From Candidatus Krumholzibacteriia bacterium (GTDB lineage: Bacteria; Krumholzibacteriota; Krumholzibacteriia; LZORAL124-64-63), in the NCBI GenBank assembly GCA_023270185.1, contig JAGLCY010000029.1:1-55575 (forward strand): 55,575 bases of DNA. Direction: 5' to 3'. The position numbers and the translations under genes are program-made. Numbering within the stretch: position 1 is the first letter of the stretch; every line of letters begins with the position of its first letter. Below the pieces are notes generated by a model. It saw only the letters and a list, made by a program, of their open reading frames with translations. It ran no database searches and had not been told where the DNA came from. Positions 55,055 to 55,575 of this stretch are shown in pieces.

Positions 55055-55575
55055 TCGTTGTCTCCCGTGTCATGTTCTGGTGGTGTGGAAGTTTTCTCGG
55101 TCCTTGTCCGGCGTCGAGTATGCCACTTTCGGATCTGCTCCATGCGCGCCGCCAATTCGATCTCGAAACCTCGCGTTCCCGGTTGAAAATAGTCGGTACC
55201 CTTCAAGCTGTCCGGCAGACAACCCATGTCCCCGATGCCGTCATCCGTATCATGGGCGTAGATGTAACCTTCACCGAATCCCAGTCCCTTCATCAATCGG
55301 GTCGGCGCGTTCCGCAGGTGCATCGGGACGGGCGGGTTGTGACCGGAGGCCACCTCGCGGGATGTCTTTCCATAGGCTTTGTACAAAGCGTTGCTCTTGG
55401 GGGACAGGGCCAGGTAGACAACAGCCTGCGCCAGGGCCAGGGCGGCCTCGGGCATGCCGAGAAAATGGACAGCGTCCCGCGCGGCCAGGGTACGCCGCAG
55501 GGCGTCGGGATCGGCCAGTCCGACGTCTTCGCTGGCGAAACGGACCAGACGCCGGACGATGTACAAGGGATCTTC
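55051..55575 (-). CDS. rarA: Replication-associated recombination protein A (RarA/MgsA), C-terminal fragment; 5' end outside window
   Basis: The frame is open to the window edge. YIVRRLVRFASEDVGLADP, FLGMPEA...AQAVVYLALSPKSN, PVPMHLRNAPT.LMK.LG.G.GY.YAHD are all present. The stop overlaps the pfkA start (ATGA). Confidence 0.9.
   Translation of the reverse strand, partial: EDPLYIVRRLVRFASEDVGLADPDALRRTLAARDAVHFLGMPEAALALAQAVVYLALSPKSNALYKAYGKTSREVASGHNPPVPMHLRNAPTRLMKGLGFGEGYIYAHDTDDGIGDMGCLPDSLKGTDYFQPGTRGFEIELAARMEQIRKWHTRRRTRTEKTSTPPEHDTGDNE

Overview
High-GC bacterial chromosomal window, visually around 60% GC (not computed). It is gene-dense and almost entirely on the + strand. About 47 protein genes and one tRNA are called. 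I saw no rRNA, CRISPR array, transposase or integrase.

Gene content, in order:
- 1-5.0 kb: a cell-envelope block with a PorV/PorQ-like outer-membrane barrel fragment, a GWxTD-domain protein and ExbB-ExbD-ExbD-TonB.
- 5.3-8.9 kb: a TolC-family protein, a lone MacB/LolD-type ABC ATPase and a rhomboid-TPR fusion.
- 8.8-20.3 kb: lysC (- strand), then radC-mreBCD-mrdA-rodA-lgt-aroE-comF-pgk.
- 20.4-22.6 kb: secG, tRNA-Leu(GAG), a small lysine-repeat histone-H1-like gene and an outer-membrane barrel gene (- strand).
- 23.0-35.2 kb: an EF-G paralogue, then yebC-ruvCAB-queA-tgt-yajC-def-fmt-rsmB, a PASTA-only protein and rpe.
- 35.4-40.6 kb: the universal ffh-rpsP-KH-rimM-trmD-rplS-rnhB-yraN block.
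- 40.9-54.0 kb: the only non-housekeeping region (see below).
- 54.1-55.6 kb: pfkA and a rarA fragment, both on the - strand.

The non-housekeeping region holds five genes:
- A 1,227-aa secreted subtilase with FG-GAP-like repeats and a T9SS/FlgD-type C-terminal tail.
- 57 nt downstream, a 2,037-aa cytoplasmic ORF with no domain I can recognise, except a C-terminal region that reads like a catalytically dead SF1 helicase core.
- A tryptophanase/tyrosine-phenol-lyase family enzyme.
- A tightly coupled 221-aa unknown ORF.
- An unknown lipoprotein.

The protease plus giant-ORF pair is my best candidate for something undescribed.

The PorV-like, GWxTD and T9SS-tail features suggest an FCB-group-like organism. 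The promoters, however, look like classical TTGACA-N17-TAnnnT sigma70 sites.

All family assignments come from motif recognition by eye. No database search was possible.
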